Origin: a virus
Lineage: Duplodnaviria > Caudoviricetes
IMG/VR virus record: IMGVR_UViG_3300028364_000013
Length of the DNA: 64,000 nucleotides
Direction: 5' to 3' (one strand)
Shown one piece after another: positions 16,860 to 26,602 of this stretch; positions within the stretch are counted from its first letter, which is position 1; every line of letters begins with the position of its first letter. The notes below the pieces were generated by a model. It was not told where the DNA came from, ran no database searches, and saw only the letters and a program-made list of their open reading frames with translations. The position numbers were made by a program, and so were the translations under genes.

Positions 16860-18422
16860 CTATTGTCCGCCATTCATATAATACCACAATAATCTATGAC
16901 TCAAAATATCGCTGTATCTTCTTATTGGTGATGTAAAGTGACTATAGTGCTTGAATCCGAGTCCATAGTGACCAATTATTTGAGTTGAATAAACTGCTTT
17001 CGACATTGAGCGAATAGCTAACGTTGAAATCATTGCTTCCTCACCACTTCCAGACGCTTTCTTCAACATCTCGTTGAGAGATGCTTTGGTAGCTTCCATG
17101 CTTCCTGAAGTATTAAAGTGATAACCGAACTGAGATACGAATAAACTTAACTCATGCAGTTTCTCTTCACTTGGAAGGTCGTGTGTTCTATATACGAATG
17201 GCTTGGTAAGTCCGTGTGCATAAGTTGCAACATACTTGTTAGCCAATAACATGTACTCTTCAATAAGTTGATGAGCATCTGCAGATTCATGAAAGAAAAC
17301 ATCTATTGGAACATTGTCCTCATCAAGAACAAAGTTTGGCTCTCTTCTGTTGAAGGTGACCGCTCCATCTTTAAATCTTTTCTTTCTAACTTTCTTTGCA
17401 ATGCCATTCAATATTTTCACACAATCGAATACTCCCATCCCTGGTGGAACGCTTTCTATTCTGTCGGCAGTTCCTTCTATAATCTCTTGCGCTTCTTCAT
17501 ACGTCAATCTACAATCAGAGTTGATTACAGTCTTCTTGAAATTGTGCTTAACAACTTCTCCATCTGGAGACATCTGAAAGATAACCGAGAATGTCAGTTT
17601 TTCTTCATTTGGTCGTAAGCTACAGATTCCATTAGAAAGCCTCTCTGGGAGCATTGGAATACATCTATCAACAAGATAAACTGAAGTCGCTCTTCTAAAT
17701 GCTTCCTTATCCAATTCACTTCCTGGTCTAACATAATGTGTTACATCAGCAATGTGAACTCCAATCTCGTAATTCCCATTATCCAATTTCTTGAATGATA
17801 TTGCATCATCAAAATCTTTTGCACTGTCTGGGTCAATGGTGATTGTCAAATCTCCACGCATATCTCTACGCTTAAGAATCTCCTTTTCAGAAATCTCAAC
17901 TGGAATGTCTTCAGCTTCTTTCATAACTGCATCAGAGAAATCATAATCAATATTATGCTTAAACATAATGCTGTTCATTTCAGTCTCGTGAGTTTCAGCT
18001 GCGCCAATCACTTTTGTGACAATACCTTTTGGGCTTTTGTCCTTCTTGTGCCATCGGTGCAATTTAACAACCACAACCTCTCCATCCTTAGCGCCATTTA
18101 GGTGCTCCATTGGAACATAGAAATCTACTGGCATCTTACCTCCAGAAGTTCTAACAAAAGCAAATCCCTTTTCTTCATTGATGTCAATTACACCAGAGAA
18201 TTCAGTTTTGCTTCTATCTTCAACTCTTTCTACTATACCTTGTTCTCCAGTACCTTTTCCGCTTTCGTCTTTAACAATTGACACTGTGACCTTATCTCCA
18301 TGAAGAGCTTGGCCTGTATTTTTTTTGTGAATGAACAAATCATCATTGCCTTCTAATATTAAGTAAGCATGACCGTTTCTTATAAACTCTATTGTTCCTT
18401 CAGTTTGTTTTAATTTTTTCAT
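16860..18422 (-). CDS. rnr: RNase R N-terminal part (cold-shock domains + RNB catalytic domain)
   Basis: ALHGDKV, TIDPDSAKDFDDAIS (catalytic Asp), HIADV, IEEYMLLAN, HFTSPIRRY; stops at YYMNGGQ* before the S1 domain. Confidence 0.92.
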   Translation of the reverse strand: MKKLKQTEGTIEFIRNGHAYLILEGNDDLFIHKKNTGQALHGDKVTVSIVKDESGKGTGEQGIVERVEDRSKTEFSGVIDINEEKGFAFVRTSGGKMPVDFYVPMEHLNGAKDGEVVVVKLHRWHKKDKSPKGIVTKVIGAAETHETEMNSIMFKHNIDYDFSDAVMKEAEDIPVEISEKEILKRRDMRGDLTITIDPDSAKDFDDAISFKKLDNGNYEIGVHIADVTHYVRPGSELDKEAFRRATSVYLVDRCIPMLPERLSNGICSLRPNEEKLTFSVIFQMSPDGEVVKHNFKKTVINSDCRLTYEEAQEIIEGTADRIESVPPGMGVFDCVKILNGIAKKVRKKRFKDGAVTFNRREPNFVLDEDNVPIDVFFHESADAHQLIEEYMLLANKYVATYAHGLTKPFVYRTHDLPSEEKLHELSLFVSQFGYHFNTSGSMEATKASLNEMLKKASGSGEEAMISTLAIRSMSKAVYSTQIIGHYGLGFKHYSHFTSPIRRYSDILSHRLLWYYMNGGQ

Positions 18423-18425
18423 GTT

Positions 18426-18686
18426 TTATTTTCTATTTCTACAGTCAACTTCTGTTGCTGTTATCACTTGATGCATAGAAACCCATACATCATTTCCCGC
18501 CTCGTCATTACCTCTTATGTAACCATCATGCACGCTTCCTCCATAAACCCACATTGCACTTCCATCCACAAGTTGGACATCAAGCCTTGTTTTACAGTCA
18601 TAAGAGTTTGTTGTTTTACCGACACCCTCACAAGAATTTAATACAAATGTAAGCAATGCAAAGCAGATAATAAGTAAATTTTTCAT
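18426..18686 (-). CDS. Putative lipoprotein
   Basis: Signal ending FVLNS-C. Confidence 0.6.
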   Translation of the reverse strand: MKNLLIICFALLTFVLNSCEGVGKTTNSYDCKTRLDVQLVDGSAMWVYGGSVHDGYIRGNDEAGNDVWVSMHQVITATEVDCRNRK

Positions 18687-18708
18687 TTTTTATTTTTTGA
18701 TTCTTTTG

Positions 18709-18737
18709 TTTATACGTTTTTTATGGAAGAATGTTCC
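18709..18737 (-). promoter_or_regulatory. ECF-type promoter upstream of lipoprotein-rnr-cassette run
   Basis: GGAAC-N16-CGTATAA on the minus strand. Confidence 0.65.
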
Positions 18738-18745
18738 TAAAACCT

Positions 18746-20317
18746 TTAATAATTTATATTCTCTGGTCTCATTTGAGGGAAAAATAACACATCTTGAATT
18801 GATTTTTGTTCAGTTAAAATCATTACCAATCTATCAATTCCAATACCAAGACCTGCAGTAGGAGGCATCCCATATTCCAATGCTCTCAAGAAATCTTCAT
18901 CCATACCCATAGCTTCATCATCACCTGCTCCAGCAAGACGAAGTTGCTCTTCAAACCTTTCTCTCTGGTCAATTGGGTCATTAAGCTCACTATAAGCATT
19001 AGCAACTTCTTTACCATTGATTACAAGTTCAAATCTTTCAACTATGCCAGCGTCTGTTCTATGCTTTTTAGCAAGCGGAGACATCTCAACTGGATAATCG
19101 TATACAAACGTTGGTTGAATCAATTTAGGCTCAACAAACTCTCCGAAAATTTCATCAAGAAGCTTCGCTCTACCCATAGAGTTATCAACATGGATTTCAT
19201 GACCAGCAAGAAATACTCTAAGCTCATTATCTGTCATGCTCATTGCTTGACATCCAGAATATCTTTCAATCGCATCAAAGAACTTTATTTTTTCGAATTC
19301 TCCAAAGAAGCTAATTTTATTCTCTCCGAACACAGCTTCAACATCATCAACAATTGAGAATGCTGCTTTTTTTACAATCTGCTCACAAAAGTCCATCATC
19401 CACATATAATCTCTATTGGCTGCGTACAACTCAACTTGAGTAAACTCTGGATTATGGAACCTGCTCATTCCTTCGTTTCTGAAATCTTTAGCAAATTCAT
19501 ACACTCTTTCGAATCCTCCAACAATCAACCTCTTAAGATATAGCTCATTGGCAATTCTCAAATAAAGAGGAATGTCCAATTTATTGTGATGTGTCATAAA
19601 AGGCTTTGCGGTTGCACCACCATGAATTGGCTGTAAAACTGGAGTCTCAACTTCCATGAAAAATTCTTCATCCAATACTTCACGTATTGTTCGAATTATT
19701 CGTGTTCTATCTCTAAATACTTTTTTTGAATCTGGGTTTACCACAAGGTCAACATATCTTTGACGATACTTCATCTCTTGGTTCTCAAAAGAATCGTGAA
19801 CATTTCCTTCCTCATCTTTCTTAACAGTAGGAAGAGGTTTTAAAGACTTAGAAAGTATTGTAAACTTTGTTGCACGAATAGTTAGTTCACCAGTTTGAGT
19901 GACAAACATTTTACCTTCAACACCAACAAAGTCACCAAGGTCAACCAGTTTCTTAAAAACTGTATTGTACATTGTTTTGTCTTCGTCTGGACAAAGCTCG
20001 TCTCTTGAGATGAACACTTGCATTCTTCTTTCTGAATCATCTTGTAATTTAAAGAAAGATGCTTTTCCCATTATGTTCTTACTCATTAGCCTTCCAGACA
20101 ACTTAACAGTCCTTCCCATGTGCTCAATTTGAAGTTCTGTCGAAAAATGTTGAAGCGTATCAAACATTTCCCAAACACTTGTACAATCATATCTTATACG
20201 AGCTCCATTCTCAACATCATTGATAAACGGCTCAGCTGGATAAGGATTAATACCCAGGTCAATCATCGCTTGAAGATGCTCTCGTCTTACTATTTCTTGT
20301 TCTGATAATTTACGCAT
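18746..20317 (-). CDS. lysS: Lysyl-tRNA synthetase (class II)
   Basis: OB anticodon domain, YRQRYVDL, FMEVETPVL, YLRIANELYLKRL, FRNEG, GLGIGIDRL. Confidence 0.96.
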   Translation of the reverse strand: MRKLSEQEIVRREHLQAMIDLGINPYPAEPFINDVENGARIRYDCTSVWEMFDTLQHFSTELQIEHMGRTVKLSGRLMSKNIMGKASFFKLQDDSERRMQVFISRDELCPDEDKTMYNTVFKKLVDLGDFVGVEGKMFVTQTGELTIRATKFTILSKSLKPLPTVKKDEEGNVHDSFENQEMKYRQRYVDLVVNPDSKKVFRDRTRIIRTIREVLDEEFFMEVETPVLQPIHGGATAKPFMTHHNKLDIPLYLRIANELYLKRLIVGGFERVYEFAKDFRNEGMSRFHNPEFTQVELYAANRDYMWMMDFCEQIVKKAAFSIVDDVEAVFGENKISFFGEFEKIKFFDAIERYSGCQAMSMTDNELRVFLAGHEIHVDNSMGRAKLLDEIFGEFVEPKLIQPTFVYDYPVEMSPLAKKHRTDAGIVERFELVINGKEVANAYSELNDPIDQRERFEEQLRLAGAGDDEAMGMDEDFLRALEYGMPPTAGLGIGIDRLVMILTEQKSIQDVLFFPQMRPENINY

Positions 20318-20318
20318 T

Positions 20319-20513
20319 TTAATCTTTTTTATTTAGATTTGACAATCTAAGGTTTTCAAGTTTAAGTTTTTTAATCTCTTCAAACTGCTCTTCAATTTGC
20401 TCTTCAGCAACATCAAGTGCTTGGTATACAAATTTTACAGTCTGATATGGCAATCGCATCTCAGGCTTCAATAACTTTCTTGAATTAATAGTTTCGTCCA
20501 TAATTACATTCAT
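20319..20513 (-). CDS. Hypothetical protein
   Basis: 64-aa ORF in operon-like run. Confidence 0.5.
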   Translation of the reverse strand: MNVIMDETINSRKLLKPEMRLPYQTVKFVYQALDVAEEQIEEQFEEIKKLKLENLRLSNLNKKD

Positions 20514-20516
20514 AAC

Positions 20517-21383
20517 TTATTCTTTTAATTGACCTTGCATTGCTGCGTAATACTCTAAACAATTTTGACCTGGAGAAAGTCCAGATACTTGTCCATCTCC
20601 AGTTTCAATAATCATCCACATGCCGTTTTCCATCTCAGCTATGTCAATCGTGAAGAAGTTGCTATCAATTTCGCAAGCTATCTCTTCAACAAAATCAATT
20701 GTTTCATCATTTGGAGTGCTGTGTTCTACTTTAACGTTAGAGTTTTGAGAACTTGAGATTAATCGTCTGTCATAAAAGAATAATCTATATTCATTTACAT
20801 TTTCTCCATATTTTTTCAAGTCAACAAACTCTTTAAAAACAAGACCTTCACTAAACAACTCTCCTCTATGTTCAACAAACTCCTCTACTTTCTTGAAGAG
20901 GTCTTCTCCACTGATTCCAGTATTCATTCTGAACAAGCCTGGGACTCCTTTTGCAGACTTAACAAAATCTTTCATTAAGAAGTCTTTATCTCCAAAAAAT
21001 TCAGAAATGTCTTGAAGAATGTCAGCATCCCACTCTTTAATGAAAATAGCTTTTGACGTGTGGTCTTTTGTATAATCATAAGACTCTGGGAAGTGATGAC
21101 AATTTTTGTATTGTTCTGGTGTATTCACAAGAACGTAGCCCAGTTCTTCAAGAGTTTTATATAACTCTTCGTACTGAGTTAGGTTTAACATCCAACTCCT
21201 TAATACAAGAGATGTTTTATCATCTATTTGAAATATGTTAGATTTAAACTCTCCTCTAACAAACTCATCATGACTAAACAAAAAACAATCATGACCCTGC
21301 AGTTTTGCAGCGTGATGTTCCTCTATGTAACAGTCATCAACTTTTTTATTGTCAAGTTCATGACATGGGAATAATATCTTCAT
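20517..21383 (-). CDS. ATP-grasp domain protein (DUF4343/R2K-like)
   Basis: MKDFVKSAK, EYRLFF, FFTIDIAE, IIETGDGQVSG. Confidence 0.75.
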   Translation of the reverse strand: MKILFPCHELDNKKVDDCYIEEHHAAKLQGHDCFLFSHDEFVRGEFKSNIFQIDDKTSLVLRSWMLNLTQYEELYKTLEELGYVLVNTPEQYKNCHHFPESYDYTKDHTSKAIFIKEWDADILQDISEFFGDKDFLMKDFVKSAKGVPGLFRMNTGISGEDLFKKVEEFVEHRGELFSEGLVFKEFVDLKKYGENVNEYRLFFYDRRLISSSQNSNVKVEHSTPNDETIDFVEEIACEIDSNFFTIDIAEMENGMWMIIETGDGQVSGLSPGQNCLEYYAAMQGQLKE

Positions 21384-21429
21384 AAGTCCAGGATTTTATA
21401 AGTTATACGCAAAAATAAGAAATTTGTTC

Positions 21430-21687
21430 TTAAACTTTATCGAAAATTCTTGCTTCTAGGTGAGATAGTTGTCTTTTGAATCCGTCATAGCAAAACGTTT
21501 TATCTTTTGCATGTTTTTTAAGAGTTTCAAAATTGATGTACATGTCTCCGTTTGGAAGTGACTTGTCCCACTTTGTGGCAACATAGTTTCTTCTTTTAAG
21601 AATCTCTGGAACATCTTGCGAGAATTCCACATTATTTGTAACTCTATCAGCAAGTCCAGGATACTCGTAAATAAGCGTGTGGTCCAT
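21430..21687 (-). CDS. Hypothetical protein
   Basis: 85-aa ORF. Confidence 0.55.
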   Translation of the reverse strand: MDHTLIYEYPGLADRVTNNVEFSQDVPEILKRRNYVATKWDKSLPNGDMYINFETLKKHAKDKTFCYDGFKRQLSHLEARIFDKV

Positions 21688-21725
21688 CTTTATAGGATGA
21701 ATAAAAAAAAAGAAAAAACAGAAGT

Positions 21726-21771
21726 TAAGTTAAATTTATTTTATATATTTGCATATAATAAATTTAACTTA
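21726..21771. repeat. Perfect 15-bp inverted repeat, 16-nt spacer
   Basis: TAAGTTAAATTTATT...AATAAATTTAACTTA. Confidence 0.8.
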
Positions 21772-22238
21772 GGGGAAGTTGCTTTCCTCCCAACCACGAC
21801 AAGTCGATGATTGGGTTTCCGCAACTGTTTTATGAAACTTGGTGCTCCTCCAGAGTGAGAATCCATTGTAGGGAAGTATAACCAATTGTAGTGAAATGGC
21901 TCGTACTCAAAAGTTATTGGTTGTGAGTCCATTTCTTCATTTCCATCAAATATGCACAATACGAAGCTCCACCCTTTATAATGAGTTTCAAAGAAATTAA
22001 TCAACTCTCCATCAATTTCTGGACCAAGAGCTCCAAGTCTTTCTACAATCTCTCTAACATCTTCTGAAATTAAGACATCATACATTCCAAGATTAAATCT
22101 ATCAAAACTTTTTGACTTCATGCTAAACCCTCTTGAGCGAATTCCATGGCTTTCATCATATTCAAGATGAGCTTGGTTCTCTATGTCTTTTAAGAACTTG
22201 CTGTAATCAGTCGTATCCATGAACCACTCTTTTTTCAA
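21741..22238 (-). CDS. Hypothetical protein
   Basis: 165-aa ORF. Confidence 0.6.
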   Translation of the reverse strand: MKKEWFMDTTDYSKFLKDIENQAHLEYDESHGIRSRGFSMKSKSFDRFNLGMYDVLISEDVREIVERLGALGPEIDGELINFFETHYKGWSFVLCIFDGNEEMDSQPITFEYEPFHYNWLYFPTMDSHSGGAPSFIKQLRKPNHRLVVVGRKATSPKLNLLYANI

Positions 22239-22289
22239 CTTACCTGGGATTGCCAGTTATGAATTGTATTTTTCTTCTTTCTTCCCACT

Positions 22290-22925
22290 TTATTTTGCAA
22301 CGTCAACTTCTTTGTATAAAAGTTTCATTTTTTCTTGCACTTTATCTTTCTCTTTTACCAGATTGATAACTTTATCCTTCAAAATACCTCTTGCTTTTGA
22401 ATAATTTGATTTAGATGTTCCCTCAGCTATTTCAAGTTTATTTGCAATATCCTTATGAGTCATATCTTCAAACAACTTCATATTGAATACAGCTCTATAA
22501 CAAGGCGACAGCTCTTGAATTAGTCCTAAATATTCTTCTGGCGTTATTTCAGAAGTGTTGATGCCTTCTATTTCGAAACCATCTCCTTCTGGCTGTGTAA
22601 CTAATGATTCGTGGTCTACCACATTTGAATCTTCTAAGAAGAATGTTTTTTTATTTCTTCTTATAGCATCTATGGCTGTGTTTGCAACTATTTTTCTTAT
22701 CCAACCTTCAATGCTTCCACTCTTTTCAAAGTTGTTTATTTTTGCAAAAACTTTTACGAAAGCATCACTTAATACGTCTTGAGCAGCATCTGCATCTTTT
22801 ATGTATCTCATGACAACTACTTTCATTTTTCCATGAAACTCTTTGAACAAAAGTTCTTGGCAATTTCTTTTTCCAGAAATACAACCATCTATAATTTGTT
22901 CTATACTCTTTTCTCTTTTGAACAT
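22290..22925 (-). CDS. ECF sigma factor
   Basis: Region 2 (AQDVLSDAFVKVF...GSIEGWIRKIVANTAID) and region 4 (YRAVFNM...THKDIANKLEIAEGTSKSN). Confidence 0.9.
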   Translation of the reverse strand: MFKREKSIEQIIDGCISGKRNCQELLFKEFHGKMKVVVMRYIKDADAAQDVLSDAFVKVFAKINNFEKSGSIEGWIRKIVANTAIDAIRRNKKTFFLEDSNVVDHESLVTQPEGDGFEIEGINTSEITPEEYLGLIQELSPCYRAVFNMKLFEDMTHKDIANKLEIAEGTSKSNYSKARGILKDKVINLVKEKDKVQEKMKLLYKEVDVAK

Positions 22926-22927
22926 CT

Positions 22928-23152
22928 TTATTTCCCTTCCTTTTTAGGATTCGATTTCATCTTACTTCTGATGATTTCTCCAAGAATGAAGAAAATAACA
23001 CCCCAAGCAAAAAAGAAAAAGTGACCTGCAAACACCAACAAAATCATCCAAGGGTTACCCATCCATGACTTTCTGTGTCTGAAGTAATACGCTCCAGTTA
23101 TTACAACTGCAATTGCTAATACAATCCAAATTGATAATCCTGATACAATCAT
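22928..23152 (-). CDS. Small two-TM membrane protein
   Basis: Two hydrophobic segments; directly upstream of the ECF gene. Confidence 0.6.
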   Translation of the reverse strand: MIVSGLSIWIVLAIAVVITGAYYFRHRKSWMGNPWMILLVFAGHFFFFAWGVIFFILGEIIRSKMKSNPKKEGK

Positions 23153-23183
23153 TGTTTTAAATTATTAGTTAATAGATATTTAG

Positions 23184-23211
23184 TTATACGTTAAAAACAT
23201 AATAATGTTCT
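23184..23211 (-). promoter_or_regulatory. ECF-type promoter upstream of the ECF sigma operon
   Basis: AGAAC-N16-CGTATAA. Confidence 0.65.
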
Positions 23212-23219
23212 AAAACATA

Positions 23220-23969
23220 TTATCCTGGAGTCACATCAGCCCTTCCAGCGTCAGTAGAATGACTTCCAGAAGACATTTTTGCTCCCTCATTAGAAACAGC
23301 GCTCGAACCTATGGAACCGTTTTTAATTCTTTCAAGAAGAACTCCCATCATTTCTTGTCTGGCAACTAATTCTTTAAAATCAGTTAAAAAACTTATTTCC
23401 TCTTGAGCTGCAGTTTCATAACCATCGTCAAATGATTCATCACCAGATTTTTCCTCAATCCCAGTTTTAAGTTTCTTCATTCTTGCATTAAGCAACGAAA
23501 AAACTTCTGCAAACTCTTTAGATATAGACTCTTCATCTTCTTCTTCTGAATCTTCAAAAATATTTACCGTTTCAATGTTAACTGGAGTATTGAAGTCGTA
23601 TTCTTTTACAATCTTCTTATAGTTCTTGCAAGCTTGGCTTCTAAGCCCATTTTCTTTAGACCAAACATCATTCTCAATTGATTCAATGACTTGCTCTTTT
23701 AAACCTGGACTTTCAAGTAAATCATACCCAGAGTGCATGCAAATTGCTCCAAGAATTTGATAGCCGATATTCATATCTTCTTCATCTTCAATCCCAACAG
23801 TGTCAATCATCTCTCTGATTTTCGACATGTTTTTAGCCAAGTTCTTGCTTGTGATAGCTTTTGGCTTATCATTTCTTCCATACTCCTTTGTCTTGCAAAG
23901 TTCGTAAATATTTTCTTTCCATTCAAGAGGAGCATCTCCTCCATAAATACTTTCATTCCACCAACCCAA
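23220..23969 (-). CDS. Hypothetical protein
   Basis: 249-aa acidic ORF starting MGWWNESIYGGDAP. Confidence 0.65.
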   Translation of the reverse strand: MGWWNESIYGGDAPLEWKENIYELCKTKEYGRNDKPKAITSKNLAKNMSKIREMIDTVGIEDEEDMNIGYQILGAICMHSGYDLLESPGLKEQVIESIENDVWSKENGLRSQACKNYKKIVKEYDFNTPVNIETVNIFEDSEEEDEESISKEFAEVFSLLNARMKKLKTGIEEKSGDESFDDGYETAAQEEISFLTDFKELVARQEMMGVLLERIKNGSIGSSAVSNEGAKMSSGSHSTDAGRADVTPG

Positions 23970-23997
23970 AATTTCTAAGTTTTAATTAATAATTTAT

Positions 23998-24615
23998 TTA
24001 ATATTTCCAAACAAAACCCCCAGCAGTTTTTGCTCTATTGCACAATACATTTGATATTGAATTTGAGTGGATTTTCAAAGATTCTGAAGCTATCTTGCTT
24101 GAATTCCATTCTTTTACAAATTCCATTTCTTTGGTATATTGCTTTACCTTCTTATTATTATATTCTATAGATGCTTGTATAGCTTGAGGCGCTGGCTTAG
24201 TACCTTTATTCGCCAAAGAGATTCTTTTTTTTGTGTCCTCTGTTTGACTATGACCTGTTGAGCCATATCCACCATTTGAGGTGTTGACTAAATCAAAACC
24301 CCAACCTCTAAATTGAGCTATCCAATTAATTTCGAATAATTCCCAATTTTCTCTATACTCTTCAGATAAAAAATTAATTTCAGGCCTTAACCCTCTTTTA
24401 GTTAAATTATTTATCCATCTATAAAGCTTACTTGGCTTTCTCTTGGTTAATCTACCTTCAAATTTTGTTACAGCTCTTTTTGCCTCACAAACATGACCAT
24501 TAAGCCTTTTAGATAGTGTTATCCATGTTTTTCCAATGTATTTTATTTCTTTTGTTTCTGGGTCAGATAAAGTATAAAAAAATACTTTATCTTTTTGTGG
24601 AGTAATTCTTTTCAT
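23998..24615 (-). CDS. GIY-YIG homing endonuclease with NUMOD3/NUMOD1-like domains
   Basis: FYTLSDP...YIGKT, EINWIA, GHSQTEDTKKRIS, KTAGGFVWKY; likely start 24615 just after TATTTATA (24619-24626). Confidence 0.85.
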   Translation of the reverse strand: MKRITPQKDKVFFYTLSDPETKEIKYIGKTWITLSKRLNGHVCEAKRAVTKFEGRLTKRKPSKLYRWINNLTKRGLRPEINFLSEEYRENWELFEINWIAQFRGWGFDLVNTSNGGYGSTGHSQTEDTKKRISLANKGTKPAPQAIQASIEYNNKKVKQYTKEMEFVKEWNSSKIASESLKIHSNSISNVLCNRAKTAGGFVWKY

Positions 24616-24664
24616 ATCTATAAATAGATACAAAAATTAGAACTTTATTCCACCAACCCATAAT

Positions 24665-24937
24665 TCATAATTCAATCAAATCTTTTTGTAATCTTTTAAT
24701 TACCTTTTCAATGCTCTTTTTGTCATTTTTTATATTTATAAACAAATTCTCCTTTTTAGCATTTGGACTTCCGATGTTTCTAATTGTATTTTCTTCAAAA
24801 TACTGAAAACATATATTTAAAAAATCGTTTGTAACATCTTCTTTATCTCCAATCCACATGCCTTTTTTTCGGTCCTGTCTTCCTAAGTAAACTTTTTCTG
24901 TTAAAGGAGAATAGCCTATCCCTTTTCTTGTGCTCAT
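24665..24937 (-). CDS. Hypothetical protein
   Basis: 90-aa ORF with TAGATTTG promoter at 24964-24971. Confidence 0.6.
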   Translation of the reverse strand: MSTRKGIGYSPLTEKVYLGRQDRKKGMWIGDKEDVTNDFLNICFQYFEENTIRNIGSPNAKKENLFINIKNDKKSIEKVIKRLQKDLIEL

Positions 24938-25214
24938 AGCAATTGTCTTTTTTAAGTTCAGGACAAATCTAATGAAAATTTATTAAACTGAAAAACTTTA
25001 TCTACCATAATCGCTAAAATCATCATAACTATTCTCCTTCATCCTTTTAAATGCAGAGCTTATTACAGTTTCGTCATGACGATTTAAAACAAAACCTACA
25101 CAAAGTCCAACGATAATTATGAACAATATAATCATTGTGGTTCTGACACTTCCATTTGAAGGTTCTGCTGTTAAATAATCAAAGTCAGCGAACTCCTTCC
25201 TTTCAAATCCAGAT

Positions 25215-25318
25215 TTACAGGGACTGACAGTTAAAAATCAGGACGAACTGCCAACATTGGTTGGAGTGATGACTCCTGAAGCCCATCCCATCGGCTTTGC
25301 CGTGGGTGGGTAGTTCAC
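25215..25318 (+). mobile_element. IS200/IS605 right-end remnant (tnpB tail / omegaRNA 3' scaffold)
   Basis: Encodes KNQDELPTLVGVMTPEAHPIGFAVGG*; hairpin CCCATCCCATCGGC-TTT-GCCGTGGGTGGG; ends in TTCAC. Confidence 0.7.
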
Positions 25319-25345
25319 ATTCAGTTCTTTCATAATAAGCCTCTT

Positions 25346-25756
25346 TTACAGAAGCTCATCGAATTTTTTTAACCAGCCAGGCTTGGTTGTATCTACTGAG
25401 CTTCCTTGTGTAAATTTATTAATCAACTCTCTATCTCTGAAGTCGTCATCCAAGTGAATATCTATTTCAAGATTAAGAATGATTTTGTATTTCATTTCTC
25501 TATTAGTAAATAGAATTTTTTCTTTAGGAAGCACTATGTTTAATTCTTCAAGAAGGCTGTAAACCTTTTGGTGCTCATTCTTTAGGCCTTTTGTAGAATG
25601 TTCTGGACCATATCTTCTTGTAATCAAATACAAGTCAACATCATCATCTTCTGATAACTTCTTAAACAGTTTTTGGACCTCTTCTTTGTGTGGATTTTTA
25701 CCACCATCAAAATGGTCATCAAGATTACCATCGTAATCAAAAGATATTTTTTTCAT
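25346..25756 (-). CDS. HAD-superfamily-like protein
   Basis: ISFDYDGNL, LITRR, HLDDD. Confidence 0.65.
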   Translation of the reverse strand: MKKISFDYDGNLDDHFDGGKNPHKEEVQKLFKKLSEDDDVDLYLITRRYGPEHSTKGLKNEHQKVYSLLEELNIVLPKEKILFTNREMKYKIILNLEIDIHLDDDFRDRELINKFTQGSSVDTTKPGWLKKFDELL

Positions 25757-25816
25757 AGTACAAGTTTAACATTTATTGATTATAAATGCAACATAAAAAT
25801 AAAACTTACTTTTTAA

Positions 25817-25985
25817 TTACACATCTTTGTATTTAAAAATATACCCTTTTTTTGATGGTTCTCCAGATTCTAACAATTTTCTAAATTCTTTATTTATTAG
25901 ACCAGAAAATCTATAAGCTTCTGTAGTTGTTTTACATTCTTTTATTATATTTTTATTTATATCATAAATATCAATTGGCTTAGCT
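25817..25985 (-). pseudogene. NUMOD1-like HEG C-terminal remnant
   Basis: KPIDIYDINKNIIKECKTTTEAY...KKGYIFKYK; the called ORF's upstream part runs through divergent promoters. Confidence 0.45.
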
Positions 25986-26109
25986 CTTTTATAAATAAAA
26001 ATAGAAACATTTTTTATTTTTTTACGTATAACTAAATGAAATACTATTTCTACCCTCACAAAGAACTTGAAGAGCTTGTGTTTCCAAATACCTTACCAGA
26101 AAACAGATA

Positions 26110-26547
26110 ATGAAAGATAAAGAAAATAACGAAGATGTAATATACACATTAAGTGAACTTGCAGATTCATATGTCAACAAAGACATTGAGACAATGGATG
26201 AGTGGATGGCTATGATGAGCGATGAAGAATTAGCTGTATTTCATAGAATGTGCAACAAAGAACCTCTTAGCAGAAGTGAAGAAGAAAACTATGAAATAAG
26301 CAAATTTTCTCTCATTCTCTATTGTAGAGAGCTTGGCTTAAAAGAATTAGCTGTAACTCCTGAATTAATGGGAAAAATTACTGGACACTTTGGTATCAAC
26401 ATAATTGTTGAATCACTTAGAAGGAAAGGATTGGCTGAAACTGAAGGTCCATTGTTGCTATATAAAGAAACTAAAATTACTCTCACTGGAAAGGGCAAAG
26501 AGTACCTTGAGGACAATACTTCAGAAGAAAGTGATGAAGAAAATTAA
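26110..26547 (+). CDS. Hypothetical protein
   Basis: 145-aa ORF after an ECF-type promoter (26004-26031). Confidence 0.65.
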   Translation: MKDKENNEDVIYTLSELADSYVNKDIETMDEWMAMMSDEELAVFHRMCNKEPLSRSEEENYEISKFSLILYCRELGLKELAVTPELMGKITGHFGINIIVESLRRKGLAETEGPLLLYKETKITLTGKGKEYLEDNTSEESDEEN

Positions 26548-26602
26548 TAAAAACAGAACATTCTTACTGGATGTTACGTATAACAAGTGCTAAAATTATA
26601 TT

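Noticed and set aside
16840-16870. Target-site duplication at the rnr split
   Set aside because: Only 2-3 nt AT-rich matches between the two junctions; not distinguishable from chance.
22290-25338. RNA-guided dCas12f/TnpB-sigmaE system (ECF sigma near an omegaRNA-like sequence)
   Set aside because: No TnpB/Cas12f-like ORF in the window; the two features are about 2.3 kb apart with unrelated genes between.
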